A stretch of DNA of 64,000 nucleotides from Orbicella franksi (taxonomy: Eukaryota): contig OZ116701.1 in the NCBI GenBank assembly GCA_964199315.1, positions 3,844,001-3,908,000 of the forward strand, written 5' to 3'. The notes beneath the pieces were generated by a model, which was not told the origin of the DNA, did not search any database, and saw only the letters and a program-made list of their open reading frames with translations. A program made the position numbers and the translations under genes. Below are positions 1 through 12,900 of this stretch, piece by piece (the first letter of the stretch is position 1; each line of letters begins with the position of its first letter).

Positions 1-100
1 GATGAAACAGGAAGAAAAAGAATTTTGTTACTTCCAATGTGTAGTCTACGAAAGCAGCTGGGTTTTTCACCTGTTGTTATTTTGTCATATGTCAATTTAA

Positions 101-3100
101 GGGGGGGTTCTACCTGAAAAATGTGTATTTTTTCAAATAATTGTAAAATAAAGACTTTTATTCAAAACCATAACAAACTATATATCACTGGAAAGCTCAT
201 GAACCATAGATTTCAAAAACTTATGTTATGGAGTGCCATCGGCAAATGTAACCTGACACCGGGCATTCCAAGAGACCTCATGCTGTGGGTGACACATATG
301 TACTTGAGTAAAGATTTCTACATGCAGATTCGACAACAAAACAACATTTTACTGTCATTCTAAAGCATACAGAATGCTTCTTGGGATGAACGAAGGGTTT
401 TGACAAATTTCAAAATGTGACGTAATTGCACATGTCTCAAGTTACATGTCCAGAAAGTGGTCACTATTCGGTTGACCATTTCTTTACTAAAAGTCCTATG
501 AAAAATTCCTTCGCTCATCCCAATAAACTCATTAACAACTACCATCCCTGAAAATTTTAGGTCCATAGCTGTAATCCTTCTTGAGATATCTTTACTCAAG
601 TGTTAAAAAACTGCGTACTGAGAAAAAGGCCATTAAATTAAGAAAATCAAATTAAACAACAGCTGTATTCAAATAATAGAGTCTCTGAGTAGTAAACAGT
701 CCACATTTAAGTGAAGGAAGCCTTGTGAGCAAATTTAGAAAGCCCCAGCTTCATATGTGACACCTTCTTTCTCACGAAGGGCTTCTTCTCGACGGATACG
801 GACAAGCTGTAACCCTTGGCGACGCTTTTTCTCCTTAGCTGTTGCCTGGCTATCCGCTTTTCGGAGCCGTTTCCTGTCCCTGAGCCTTAATATGTGGTCA
901 GTAAATGCACCACCAGGAATGGAAAGTCTCTCCATCACTCTTTTCCTGCTCTCAGCCCCTCCATGGAAATGACAGACTGCAGATGCTGCAGCACAGCGGA
1001 CAACTTTTACTCCGTGGTGTTTGTGCTTTGGGCACCGCACCCAAACCATAGCGTTGATACTTTCATTTGGGTTCTGGGTTGTCCCAAGTACACATCTTTC
1101 CAGAAGTTTACTGTCGCTCAGAGTCACAAATGTTGGCTTCAGCAGCTCCAGGAAGACTTCAGGTAAACAGTCGTCTCCTTTGTACGTATTAGTTCCAGTT
1201 GCTAAGTCCTGCTGCCATTTACACCACGAACTTTCACCACGAGGGCAGAAGCGGTGTTGCTTAGCAGCATCCTCTGATTTTATGCAATGATGAAGAATGG
1301 CAATTACATTCTTTTTCATTGCATAAACTGCAACATTGACCTCCTTTTCCACAGGATTTGCCTTAGCCAAGGTGTTTTGCCGGATCGCCAGACCATAATA
1401 CTTTTGGAGCTGCTTAATTTTTCCTTCCGTAAGCCTACCACTCCCCCCTACCGGCTTTCCATCCTCCAGTTTACCTTTTGTGCGGGCCTTAAGATTCATC
1501 AAATGTTTACCCATCCTCTTCTGCACATGGCCCACACAATCCAGCTTAATAACTTTGCAGCCATCATACACATTTTCTACTGTGTTAAAAGCCTTGCTGT
1601 CACCATCTGACACCATCCATTTGTATCTTATGTTATGAAGCTCAATTGATCTGTTCCAAAGAACAGAAGCTCCTTCAGCTTCCATAGCTGGTGAACTTCC
1701 ATCAAAATTAATGTCACATTCACCAGCTGCCAAATGCTCCCTTCTCCAGTCTTCAAATTTTTCATCATCCCCTTCACATTGTGACTTCTTCACAGAGCAC
1801 TTATGGCAAGACTTCGACATCACATGGTAGTCTAGTACCTCTCCAGTGTCAACTGATATAACAAAAACAACACCAGTTAATGAAGTGAAGCCTCTCTTGG
1901 CCCATGTGCCATCAAAGCTAACAGCAGCATCAATTATTGCAGTGCTGTCGGACTCGCCGTTTTCCTCCATCACTTGCTGCCGAAGCCGTTGGCCTGCTCT
2001 CACAAGTTCTTCTTTTGCCTCATCTTCCAAGGCCTCCAAAATTACATCCATTTGCTTGTAGTACGCAGCTCTTGAAAGGCAAGGCATGTTCATTATTGCA
2101 CAGAAGGAGGAAAGCCCTTCATATCCAGTTCCCGATTCTATTGAATGATATACAGCTCTCCTGTTGACATCAAAAGATTTTCCTTTTTTGGTGATTTGGG
2201 GTGATGTCTGCCAAGGAGTGCTTTCATCACAAGAACTGCATTGAATGGATAAGTCTGACATTAATCCTGCACGGCTGGAGGCATTTTCTTCCATAGTAAG
2301 ATTTCCTGAATTAATAAAATAACAAGAAAAATATACTAGCAACTACAGCTACGGAACCACACACATAGGCTTATAACATAAACAATACTGAATGCATGAA
2401 TTAGTATTAATTTATTCAATATCAGTGTCAACACATGGAGAGTCTAAACAAGACTCTGGCACAGTAAAATAATTACTTTATATTTACAGCTGATTAAAGT
2501 CCTTCATGATAAGCTGGGAGGTACTTGCATAACAATACATTAACACCACAAAAATGAAAATAATGTACAAATAAAACACGAGTTGTACATGCTTGTTTCA
2601 CCTTTTCTGCATTTGTGTACATTCGAGAACACAGACGACAAACTCTTCAAATCAACAAGCCTGTATCCATTTCCTTCCTCTACTGCTTCTGTTTCCTCGG
2701 CAGAACTTATATAAGATTCATCCTCAGAGCTCTGGAGTTTCATTTTCTTCCTTGAAGAACTAAGTGGCTGGTCACTCTCTTCACCAGAATCTAATAAATC
2801 AGATTGATCGTGCGAAGTACCAGGTCCCGATTCAGAGATTTCACTCTCTTTCGAAGGAGTTTCCTCGCGTGATTGCGGACTTTTAATAGCTCCACCAAAT
2901 CCTTTTCCTTTCCTCGTTTTCCGAAAAATGCTTCTTTTTCTCTTTCCAGTCATTTCAAAGTAAAACTTTCCCAGCACTGTATTTCGAAATAAACAACGTC
3001 CACTCGAAGCAATTTCCAATTCGTCCCCAGTGTCTCTCTTGCATTTTCTCGCATATGGCTTCATGTATGGGGTCACAAATATGACTAAGTTAGTTTCTAC

Positions 3101-3329
3101 CTGGTTTTGGGGGGGCAAACACACTCGTAAAGGAGGAAATAACAAAAAATGCCAGCTTCCGTTGCCATGGTAACGAAATTCCTCTTGTTTACAAACGCTT
3201 ATTTCTCCTTTATTTTTTCAAATATTCGAATAAAAACAATTGCCAAAGTAAAGTCAAGTAGTTGAACTTGTGATTTAAGAAGAAAACAAAAAAACGCTTT
3301 TTCTAGTCAATTTCAGGTAGAACCCCCCC
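101..3329 (-). mobile_element. Full-length DNA transposon, Kolobok-type (TTAA target-site duplication, GG-initiated TIRs)
   Basis: Perfect 19-bp TIRs GGGGGGGTTCTACCTGAAA (101-119) and TTTCAGGTAGAACCCCCCC (3311-3329), flanked by TTAA at 97-100 and 3330-3333. Encloses one spliced DDE transposase gene. TTAA TSD with purine-purine termini fits Kolobok; piggyBac ends start CC and MULEs have 9-11 bp TSDs. Confidence 0.85.
735..2953 (-). CDS. DDE transposase, 2 exons (2953-2602, 2305-735), 640 aa
   Basis: Exon 1 MTGKRKRSIFRK...HKCRK ends at a phase-1 GT donor and joins in frame at TTCAG|GA to the 535-aa ORF. Motifs: SFDGTWAKRGFTSLTG (D1), MVSDGDS (D2), TQNPNESINAMVW (E), LHHC...HRFCP..ESSWC (His/Cys insertion), basic C-terminus. 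No stops or frameshifts. Confidence 0.9.
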
Positions 3330-3911
3330 TTAATGAGGAAACAATCGACAAAGGTCTATTTTGAACACAATGGAAACACTATTAAAACACCTCGGTGTCA
3401 GGAGTTTTAACAACATTGACAGAAATTTGCATCAGCTTACAGTTTCCTTTACATTTCAAATGGTATAAGGGGAAATCGCTATTAACTGTTGGTTTAAACT
3501 ATCTGGCGATGGATAAGCGCGAGAGAATGATATCGTCTTTATACAAGTACGTATTGGGTACCTAGTTTTAATGCGGAAATTAGGAGGGAAAACTGGACTC
3601 TAGTTGACTCGTGCGCATTTTGTGGTGGCGGGCTCAAGAAAATTTTGAATCGCTTGATTATTCGGACACGCATCGGAAATACGAAACGTGTTGTTTTAAA
3701 ACGAGAGAAAAAGGACCTTGATAGGATTATCCGAATGTTATGGAATGCCATTAAATTACTGGATGTTTGAACGTGCCAACAAGTTAGTTTGTCGGTGATA
3801 AAGCAGGGGGAGATGACCGGAAAATCGCGATTGCAACACGCCAACAAGCTGAACTTCGTCGAATGTACACAGTCACCTTTTCATGATAAGATTTAAGTTG
3901 ATCTATTGGAT

Positions 3912-6900
3912 ATGAATCCAGACAGAGCTGGGCGAATTCCGCCGCCTACGAGGAGACTTGTAGTACGGAAAGCGAACAGCCATCGAGACTTGCGTCCTAT
4001 TACAGAAAGGGTAAGTTTTCATGTTGTTTTATCTCGCTTGTTAAATTGCGATAAGCACGTTCTTTCCAGTACCAAAGCCGCGGCTGATGTTGTTTGCTCC
4101 TTACTGTAGTTCGCGGATTAATTAAACCATGGCTTCTGTAGGATTATCTTAAGTCCGTTTTATTTGACTTTTTTTTTCTACAGGCAACGCTCGAGAAAGT
4201 CTTAGGGCTGACAGTGTCCAGAAATGCTTGCCTCGCTTGCGATCCAGTGTCCGGTTTAGTGGCGTATCCGGCTGGGTGAGTGAAGTTGGATATTTACTCG
4301 ACATTTTTGTCTTGTATTTTATGCTGGCATAGAATTTTATTTGGTCTCCAGGAATGACGTGGGTTTTAAACAATGCAATTAAGATGATTTGAGGAACGAT
4401 TTCGTATTCCCATTGATGCATCGAGCATAGAAATAACCTTATTGTCAAAATGTAGAGTGAAAGGTCACGATGAATACGTACGAATGCGTGTTCGAAATTC
4501 GCAAGTACATGAAAATTGTATTTCTGGTCTATACGGCTTTTTAAATGGGCACACTATCTCCTAAATGACTGAGCAATGCTTATCAAAATATTATAAGTTA
4601 TAATAATAAGGTTTTCACAAGCCAGGCTATTCTTGTGAAGTTCTGAAATTGTTAAATTTTAATCGCGGTGTCGCTTTTGCTTGTTCAGTTCATAGCGGTG
4701 GTTCTGGACGATTGCTTTTCGCACGGTGGATGATTTCCGCCGTATAAATATCAACTCGTTTAACGATTATAGCAAATGGCTTTTCCTACGTTGATTAGAT
4801 TCCGTTTGGATGAAGTGAAATGCTGAATTTAGCTGGTAGCCGTGGAGAGACATTTATAATTCATATGTAGAAGTCTGATCTCGGACGTCTTTTTTTCAAA
4901 ACCGACTTCGATGCTGCCAGGCTGAGGTTTAATGAGAGCATTTGGGATGATATATTCAAACAGTTATATTGGCCTTGGTGTGTATGTGTTGATTGAAATC
5001 AGCCGTAAATTTGTTGATACATATTAAACGGACTGAGAGTGAATACACAGGTGAACGAGATTCGGATGCATTCGAAAACTTCGTCGTTGTAAAAATTATC
5101 AGCGCGTGTTTTGTTTTGCGTTGTCAAATACAACGGGCTGAAACGGCGACGGAAATTTTAAACAATCATTTAGACGTTGTTATGAAATTGAATCAATTTT
5201 AATGATCGCTGCGAGGGTCATGTGGAGGGGTTATTATGGTTTCCGAGTTATTCGGGACTTTGTCTTGTATTCATTTGTTATTTTCATTGTATTTACTCGT
5301 ACTGTTGAGTGGGTTGTAATTTACAACCATGGCCCATGCAAGTTAACTTCGATATATAAACTTCTTCCATCCCAACACAGCTTTTCATTTGTAATCTCTT
5401 CGATCTAGAGCCTAGTGGGACAGTTGCACTCGTCATTTCACCAGCTGTTCTTAACAAGATCGCTAAAAATATCTCCATAGCCTGATCACTCTGAAGTTGA
5501 TATTGCAATTTGCATTTCATTTTGCTTGCCTAGAGTAATTAGTAAAATCATTCACATGCGATGAATCAAGGAATATATTATGCTCCAACAAAATCAAATT
5601 AACTTAATCAAACAATAAAAGGTTATTTACTTTTTCGTATAGCCCTTTGGGAAAAGAGTTTTCTTCAAAGTGAGAATCTTTTAAGGAGTCTTGCAATTAA
5701 ATTACCTGCAAATTTGACAGTTTTATCCTCAATATTTGCCCCAAGAATTGCATGTTTTCCTTCATGCCTGTCAGGACATCAACCGTAAACTAATCAGCTT
5801 TTATGAAGATACTTGTATAACAAATTATGATGTTGCCACAGTACATGTAATTCCTGACTTTGCAACATAAAAGTTCAATATTCCACTACAGCTTTCCAGG
5901 TTAAACCTGTCTGGAACTACATGTAAATGTACATTCAGTTGATACCAATACAAATCTGCTGACATTGTGTTCAGTCAAAAATTGGGTTAATTTTGAATCT
6001 CAGTTAAACAGAAATTCAATTTAAAACCAAAGTAGAGAACTTATATTGTTGATGTGAAAGAACACTAATTTTGCTGAAATACATCCAATATGAAATTTTG
6101 TGTATAATGTCATGGAGGACTCGAGAAGACTAATTTATTCCACTTTCTTACCCCATTTGTTCAAAGGAGAAACACTAGTGGATGTAGATTTTGTTTCATC
6201 AACACTTTTAGATAGTGATGTGCAGTGCATAGCATCATCATTTGAATGACTGGGTTCTGGTCTGGTGGCCTCTGGAGTGTCAGTTTCACTAGCTAGTCAA
6301 AATATATTTCTCTAGTCATGTGGTAGCACTGCAGGGGAGAGCCAGTTTTGTCTAGCAGTGGACATTATGTGTTTTTACGAAATACATCATCTGGGCGCTG
6401 AAAAATAGCGGGAAAAATTATAGTGGAGGTTGTTGCACTGAAATATCAGCAGTTGTCAGATATGAGAATTTTCCCTCTACACATGAGACTCCATTTAAAT
6501 CTTTAATAGTTTCAGTTCAAAACAAGAATAAAAGTATGGGCTATTGATTAATGTAATTTGTTTTAAATGCTGATTTGCTAATTTGTTCTTGTAACTGATG
6601 GGTGATTGTTTTCTATCCAAGACCAATGCAACAACTTGAACTCTTCAAGAAAGTTTTCCAAAGTCTTGAACTGCAGATAATTTTTCATGAAAAATCCCAT
6701 GAAATACATGTAGCAATCTATATTACTTAGAACTAAAAGACATCAAATAATCCCAATGTGCTATAAAAATGGCAGCCTCAGAATAGAATATTGACAAGTT
6801 GTTACATATTCAAAGTTTGGATATCCAGGCCTCAATATATTGGCCACATGTAAACACTACGCCTTTCTGTAGGCAGATACCTTTTCAAACTGGAAACTTT

Positions 6901-9900
6901 TTCTTGACTACTCCCAAGGGTGAGTGGTTTTGGATACGAGGCAGGGTTAGCTGCATGTGTAGCTTAAATAGAGAAGGCTTCTGGGATGATGCTACTTGAA
7001 TTTTTTTCTTCCATGCAGTGGTACTAAAATAATCTGGGTTTTTTTTTTTCACAGATGTGTAGTGGTCTTGTTCAACCCCAGGAAAAACAAGCAAAGTTTT
7101 GTTCTCAATACATCCAAGTAAGAAACACTTATTAGCATCTACACTGTATTGTGAGTGTGATCAAAGTACAGTCATGTAATTTACTCTGCCCATGACACAA
7201 TTCTGAGGATAATACCTGAGTGTATTTATACATGTATACATGTATGCTACACTGATTAAGTAGCTTGAAATTATCTGATAGCATTTTGCTATTGAGCCCC
7301 CCAAGTCTATTTGAAACGCAAATTCAGTGACAACAAACTCAACGGACCGAGACTGAGTTTTTTTATGATAGATTACATTCATAGTTAGTTCATCATACTT
7401 GACACTGACATAATTTTTGAACTTAATTAGTACTGTCGCGAGGACGGAGAAATGTTGTTCGCTACTGATTTTGCAAGATCTTGTTTTAGAATATCTTATA
7501 ATTATAGAACTTTATATATATGTTGTTGCTATAAAAGGTTTTTTCTCAATTTGATGTGCTGGGTAGTTGTTACAACAAAGAAATAGCCACTGACTAATCA
7601 TTTGATTTTTACAGAAAAACGATCACTTCAGTAGCCTTTTCTGGTGATGGCAAATATTTGGCAACAGGCGAAGTAAGTTTTTGCAACTTAAATTATTTAA
7701 TGCATATTAACCAACAGTCAATAATAATAATAGATTGTGTTTTAAATTAATCTAATTGTAATCACTTTTTCTCTTTGCCTCACAATGTATGGGTACATTG
7801 TACATTGTGAAATCGTTTTAAATGTGGATTTCATTAGTTGAGACATCACTCTTATCAGTTTAATAAGGAAAATTCAAGCTTCCGTATTTTTCTTCATCTT
7901 TTCAACAGAGTGGTCACATGCCATGTGTGCGAGTCTGGGATATGGAAGATCAGTCCCATCCACAGATATCAGAGATGGCAAAGGGACATAAATTTGGTAT
8001 TGCATGCGTGGTATGTTACATGTTATGAGAAGTAATGGTACTGAATTATTAATTTGAAAAAGATTCCGCATTTTTTGTGGTTTGGGACATTCTGTTGTAC
8101 ATGTATTCTTGGGGAAGGAACTTTACACTTATAGTGTGCCTCTCTCCACCCAAGAACTATTTATCAACTTGTACCAATTAATTCAATGTTGAAAAACCAA
8201 CTGACAAAATGTGGGTAACCTGAGTTGGAGTATTTATACCATCCAGAGAGAATAGCACAGCTCTAGCAAAAATCCGCCAGCTGGCAATGTTGCTGCATAC
8301 AGTGAATTATTGGCTCCCAACTTCTTGCTGAAGTTCACTTATCCTGACAAATAACAAGTCCATCTCTGGTATTTAGGCCTTAAGGCGGGTGATTATCTCT
8401 GGTTTCCATAGCATGAAGCAACTCTAGAGTATTTTCTATTCCCCTCCTGGATGGGATACTTTCATTTATGCTATCCCATCGCAGGGTTACCCCCAGCATT
8501 ATATTTGGGGGTACCCATTTATACACCAGGGTGGAGAGAGACAACACAATGTCCCCGGCCAGGGCTTGAACCTGAACTACTCGATCCTAGGCAAGTGCAC
8601 CAACCGTGAGGCCACCGCACCTCCACATCTCTGGTCTTTACTGCCCATTATTGCTGTTACTTTCTCGTCTGCTATGAAGCATTTTTACAGGGCGGGTAGT
8701 AATACTCTTAATATACACTAAGGGCCAGGCTGCTGAACAATAATTAGGATGGGCTCCAGTGAACAAACTTTGCTTTGAGCCATCTTCTTGAGAGGTTTTA
8801 TTTTATACACATGGAGTACGTTTTTGGGCTGTCCTCTTTATTTGATTTTGTGTGGTGTGATTTATGAGCTTTTTCTTTTCATTCCTTCTCCAAGGCATTT
8901 TCTCCTAATTTAAAATATGTGGCATCTGTTGGATTCCAGCATGATATGATTGTCAATATTTGGAACTGGAAGGTAACATGTATTTTAATCTTCTGGTAAT
9001 AATTGTGTATACATGTACATTATACAGATTAGATGGTCAATCAAAATTTTATTTCATTTTCCAGGCTGAAGTTTAGTTTTAGTGCAGTGTAGCTTGTCAG
9101 GATTTTTCACTTTTCAATTTTTCCAATGCTGTTTCTACCATTTTACCATTACATTTAGTATTTATTTCAATGTTGTTTTAAATTTTTTACTTTTGTACAA
9201 TGCTTTTAATTAATGCTTTTTTTAAAAATTTTGGAACGATGTACATGGCTAACATAGTCCATTTAGGCACCAGGATCACAAAGATTGTGGATGTGAAACT
9301 ATCAAAGCTTAAATTTTTTTCCTTCTTTCTTTGCAGCTACAAAAACTTGCCATTTTACTGCAAAGATACATGTTTTTCATTAATATTTATTTCTTTGTTT
9401 TCATTGTAGACTGGTACAAAGGTTGCGAGCAATAAAGTTTCATCAAAGGTAGGTCAAAACTGATATTATTGTGCAAACGTTGTTATATGTTACTCACTGA
9501 AGTGAAAGAAGAAATGTTGCATCAACTGACACTCAATTAAGATTGGTAAGTTCACACTCTGTCTCATGACTGTCATGTGGCTGTTCTAAAACCCAATTAT
9601 TAAACAAACCATTTCCAGGGTGCTTTTCTTGAGTACTAGTGGAAAACCTTTAATTTATATATTTGGTAGTCTGAGTTCTACTTGCATTTTCATTTTCATG
9701 CAAATCAAACATGTTTTCATATGAATGAAGGTGCAATCAGATTTTGTTTTCAGAAAGAGGGAAAGGGAAACAGGTAAGTGGTCTAATCAGTGCAAACTTT
9801 CCTCTTAATCAGTAGTTTACTCTTTCATTTTCAGGTGTCTGCACTATCATTTTCTGAAAATGGTAGCTTCTTTGTAACTGTTGGTGTCCGTCATGTCAAA

Positions 9901-12900
9901 TTTTGGTATTTTGACACTGAGTCAAATAAATCAAAGGTGAGGAAAACATTTATCATTAAGAAAATGTATTTTTACATGTAAATCAAATAAATAACTGTTC
10001 AAAATTTTTATGACTGATTATTGTTAACAACATATATATGTTACGTATAAGCCCTATTTTCTTTGGGAGAAAGATGGCTCACAAGCTTCTACAAAAAGGT
10101 GTGATTACATTGTAATTAGCAAACACACGCCAAAGACCCAGCATTAGCTAATAATCAGATTCTATCAACTGTACTTAAGGATTTTTCAGAACGGCAAGGA
10201 ACACATGTATCCAGTTCAAAATGTAGAAACTCACTCATAACAGTTTACTTTAGTTAGTTAATGCAGGGTTGTCAATAAGGTATGTAACCTGAACACCTGT
10301 TACGGCTGAGTGTGCTTGATGGTCCCTTGATGTTTCGGGTGAAGTTGCCTGTAGTTGATACAATTCACTCATAAAGTAACAAGTTTGTTACGGGTGTGAA
10401 GTTCAAGGCTGCAGTTGAATCAAAACTTAACAGTTCAGAAAAATGTCAGAGAGCCAAATGTTTTCATTTGATTCCTTTCTTCAGGTCTCCAAGACACTGG
10501 TCATCAATGGCCGAGCTGCACTTTTAGGAGAACAAAGAAACAATACTTTCTGTGATGTTGCTTGTGGCCGCGGTGTAAACTCTGATATAACTTACTGTGT
10601 AACCAATTCAGGGCTGTTGTGCTCTATTAACAGCAAGAGAGTACTTGACACCTGGGTCGAGCTCAAGGTATTGTACTTAAAAAAATTCAGTGACCATTCT
10701 GCTAAGATATTTCTAGCTGCATGTGTTCACTGTGTACTTCTAGCTTTATTTGGACATTCGTCTAATCAATAAACAGGTATCATCTGCGATCAACTGCATG
10801 TAGAATGGCAAGTGAGGTCTTACGTGCCACTTGATATGAAGTAGATAGGTGAAGTGAACAATTACAATGAAAATGCAAAATTTAGTTTTCAGTCTGAATC
10901 CTGTGTTTCTTTTCACAAGTTTTTCACCTGAATTTCTTTGAAAGAAAAAAGTCCCTGGAGATGGTCAAACCAGACAAGCAAAATCATTTTCATAACTGGT
11001 CAATTTGCCAGTTGCCTAGCCCTGCAGGTTTGAAACAAAATTTAAATGTAAGTTATACGTAAGGCTGTCATGTACTGTACATGTATGTAAGTTACAATGT
11101 GTACAATGTATGTCATGAGTCTGTCCCATTGTTTCCCTGTATCTGGCCCTTATTATTGTGTAGCCCCTTCTCTTAAGTCTTGTATCTCTCTTGGTTACAG
11201 TCATCTAAAGCACATGCCTTAGCTGTGAGTGAACATTATATCATATGTGGATGTGCAGATGGAATAATAAGGTAAAAACTGTTAGTACTCACTACTGTCA
11301 CTGGCAAAATTAGCTCCAGTTCCTCTTATGTACTGGTAGACTTAATCTCTGGAAAATAATAAATTAAAGCAGCTTCATGTTGTGAAAAAATTATGGGATG
11401 TGAAAATGGAAGCTGACTTTACAATGTAGTTACAAAAGAATGGGAGCCAATTTATCGTAAGTTTATCTGCTGGATATCCATTGGGTGTCAAGAATATTTG
11501 ACAGTGTATGAATTTATGTGCATTTGTTACGTATTATATTTGATTGACTTATTAAGAATGATTATGCTTTTCTTTCAGAGTATTCAATCCTTTGAAGTTA
11601 CAGTTCATTGTAACTATTCCAAAACCTCATTTTCTGGGTGTTAATGTAGCTGAAGGCATTGACTCCAGGTAAAAATCACAAACTTAAGTTGTATTTTGTT
11701 ATTTGTACTTGCTATCAGATTTTTGTGTTATCTTATTTAAAGCCCTTTAATGTTTGCTTTCAAGGTACATCTAAATTGGTATGAGTACAGTGACGAGGTT
11801 TGCTGACACTCCTTGAAAAGGGTCTTCAGTGAAAATTTCTTCCATTGGCAAGTTTATGAAATTGAATCACAGCAAATGCTGCTTGCTCATGAGGCATCCC
11901 GTGATAAAAAAGGAAACACTTGTCTGACAGATGCCTGCACTTGATAGCCCCTGGCTATTAGAAAAACAACTTTGTTACTCAGCGCAGTTTTTTTCTGAAT
12001 GTCAGATGTGTCTCTTAGGGGATTAAGTGAGTGCGTGATGGGAGATATTTAATATTTAGGCTAGTCAAGTATGAAAGTACTTTCTTGTCCAAAGTGTCCT
12101 TGAAAAATAACTTACGTCCATTTTTGTTACCTTTTGCATTTAGTAATCCATTATCAAAGCCAGAGAAGGCAGTTTATCCAGATGCAATTGCTGTAGCCCT
12201 TGACACTGTTAACCATAGGGTGGGTCAATGCATGTATTGATTTTATATTTTATTTCTTAACTGTATTTATTATAGCTACTGTATTCTTAAACAAGCAGCC
12301 CTCTGTCCTTGCTGATTCCCTCTGGAAATTCCAATAGGTGCCTGCAAATCTCCAATTTTAGTTCTCAGTGTCCCAAGTTAAGTTTCATTTTGAGTTGAGC
12401 ATGATGTGTTTTTATTGTCAGTTTCAAAGTTGAATCTTAGTTAATCCATTGGAAAACAGTTGCATGGCTGTTGCACAATGTAAATGAATTGAAATAAATT
12501 GTACATGTTCAAGCCATTGTTTAAAATCAAATTTATTTTCAGTGGTGATTGATTATATGTTTTTAAGCTAAATTGAACAAGAATATTTTATTTATGTGAA
12601 GGATTCTCTAAGATGAGAGGTGACTGTTGTGTTAATTTGTTCTTGCAGTTGGCTTGTGTTTACAATGACCACAGCTTGTACACATGGGATGTGAAAGACA
12701 TGAAAAAAATTGGAAAAACATGGTCTTCTCTTTATCATAGTACATGTGTGTGGGGAGTGGAGGTAAACACTGTATACACAATTATTAGTATTACTTATTA
12801 CTTATTGCTTATATTAATTATTACTTATTGATATTTATTATTTTTAAGTAATAGTCCAAGAAAATTAAGAATTAAGAGGAAGTCATCTCCCAGCCATAGA

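Noticed and set aside
121-599. Two short ORFs in the transposon's left subterminal region
   Set aside because: No recognisable motif, 80 aa or shorter, overlapping on opposite strands; treated as chance ORFs.
2540-3145. 201-aa ORF as a separate second gene (KolX-like)
   Set aside because: Its 2953-2602 part is exon 1 of the transposase; the rest is UTR and intron.
101-3329. Long terminal direct repeats, or piggyBac/MULE identity
   Set aside because: The two ends share only the TIR and a 14-bp AT-rich motif; termini are GG rather than CC, and the TSD is 4 bp rather than 9-11 bp.
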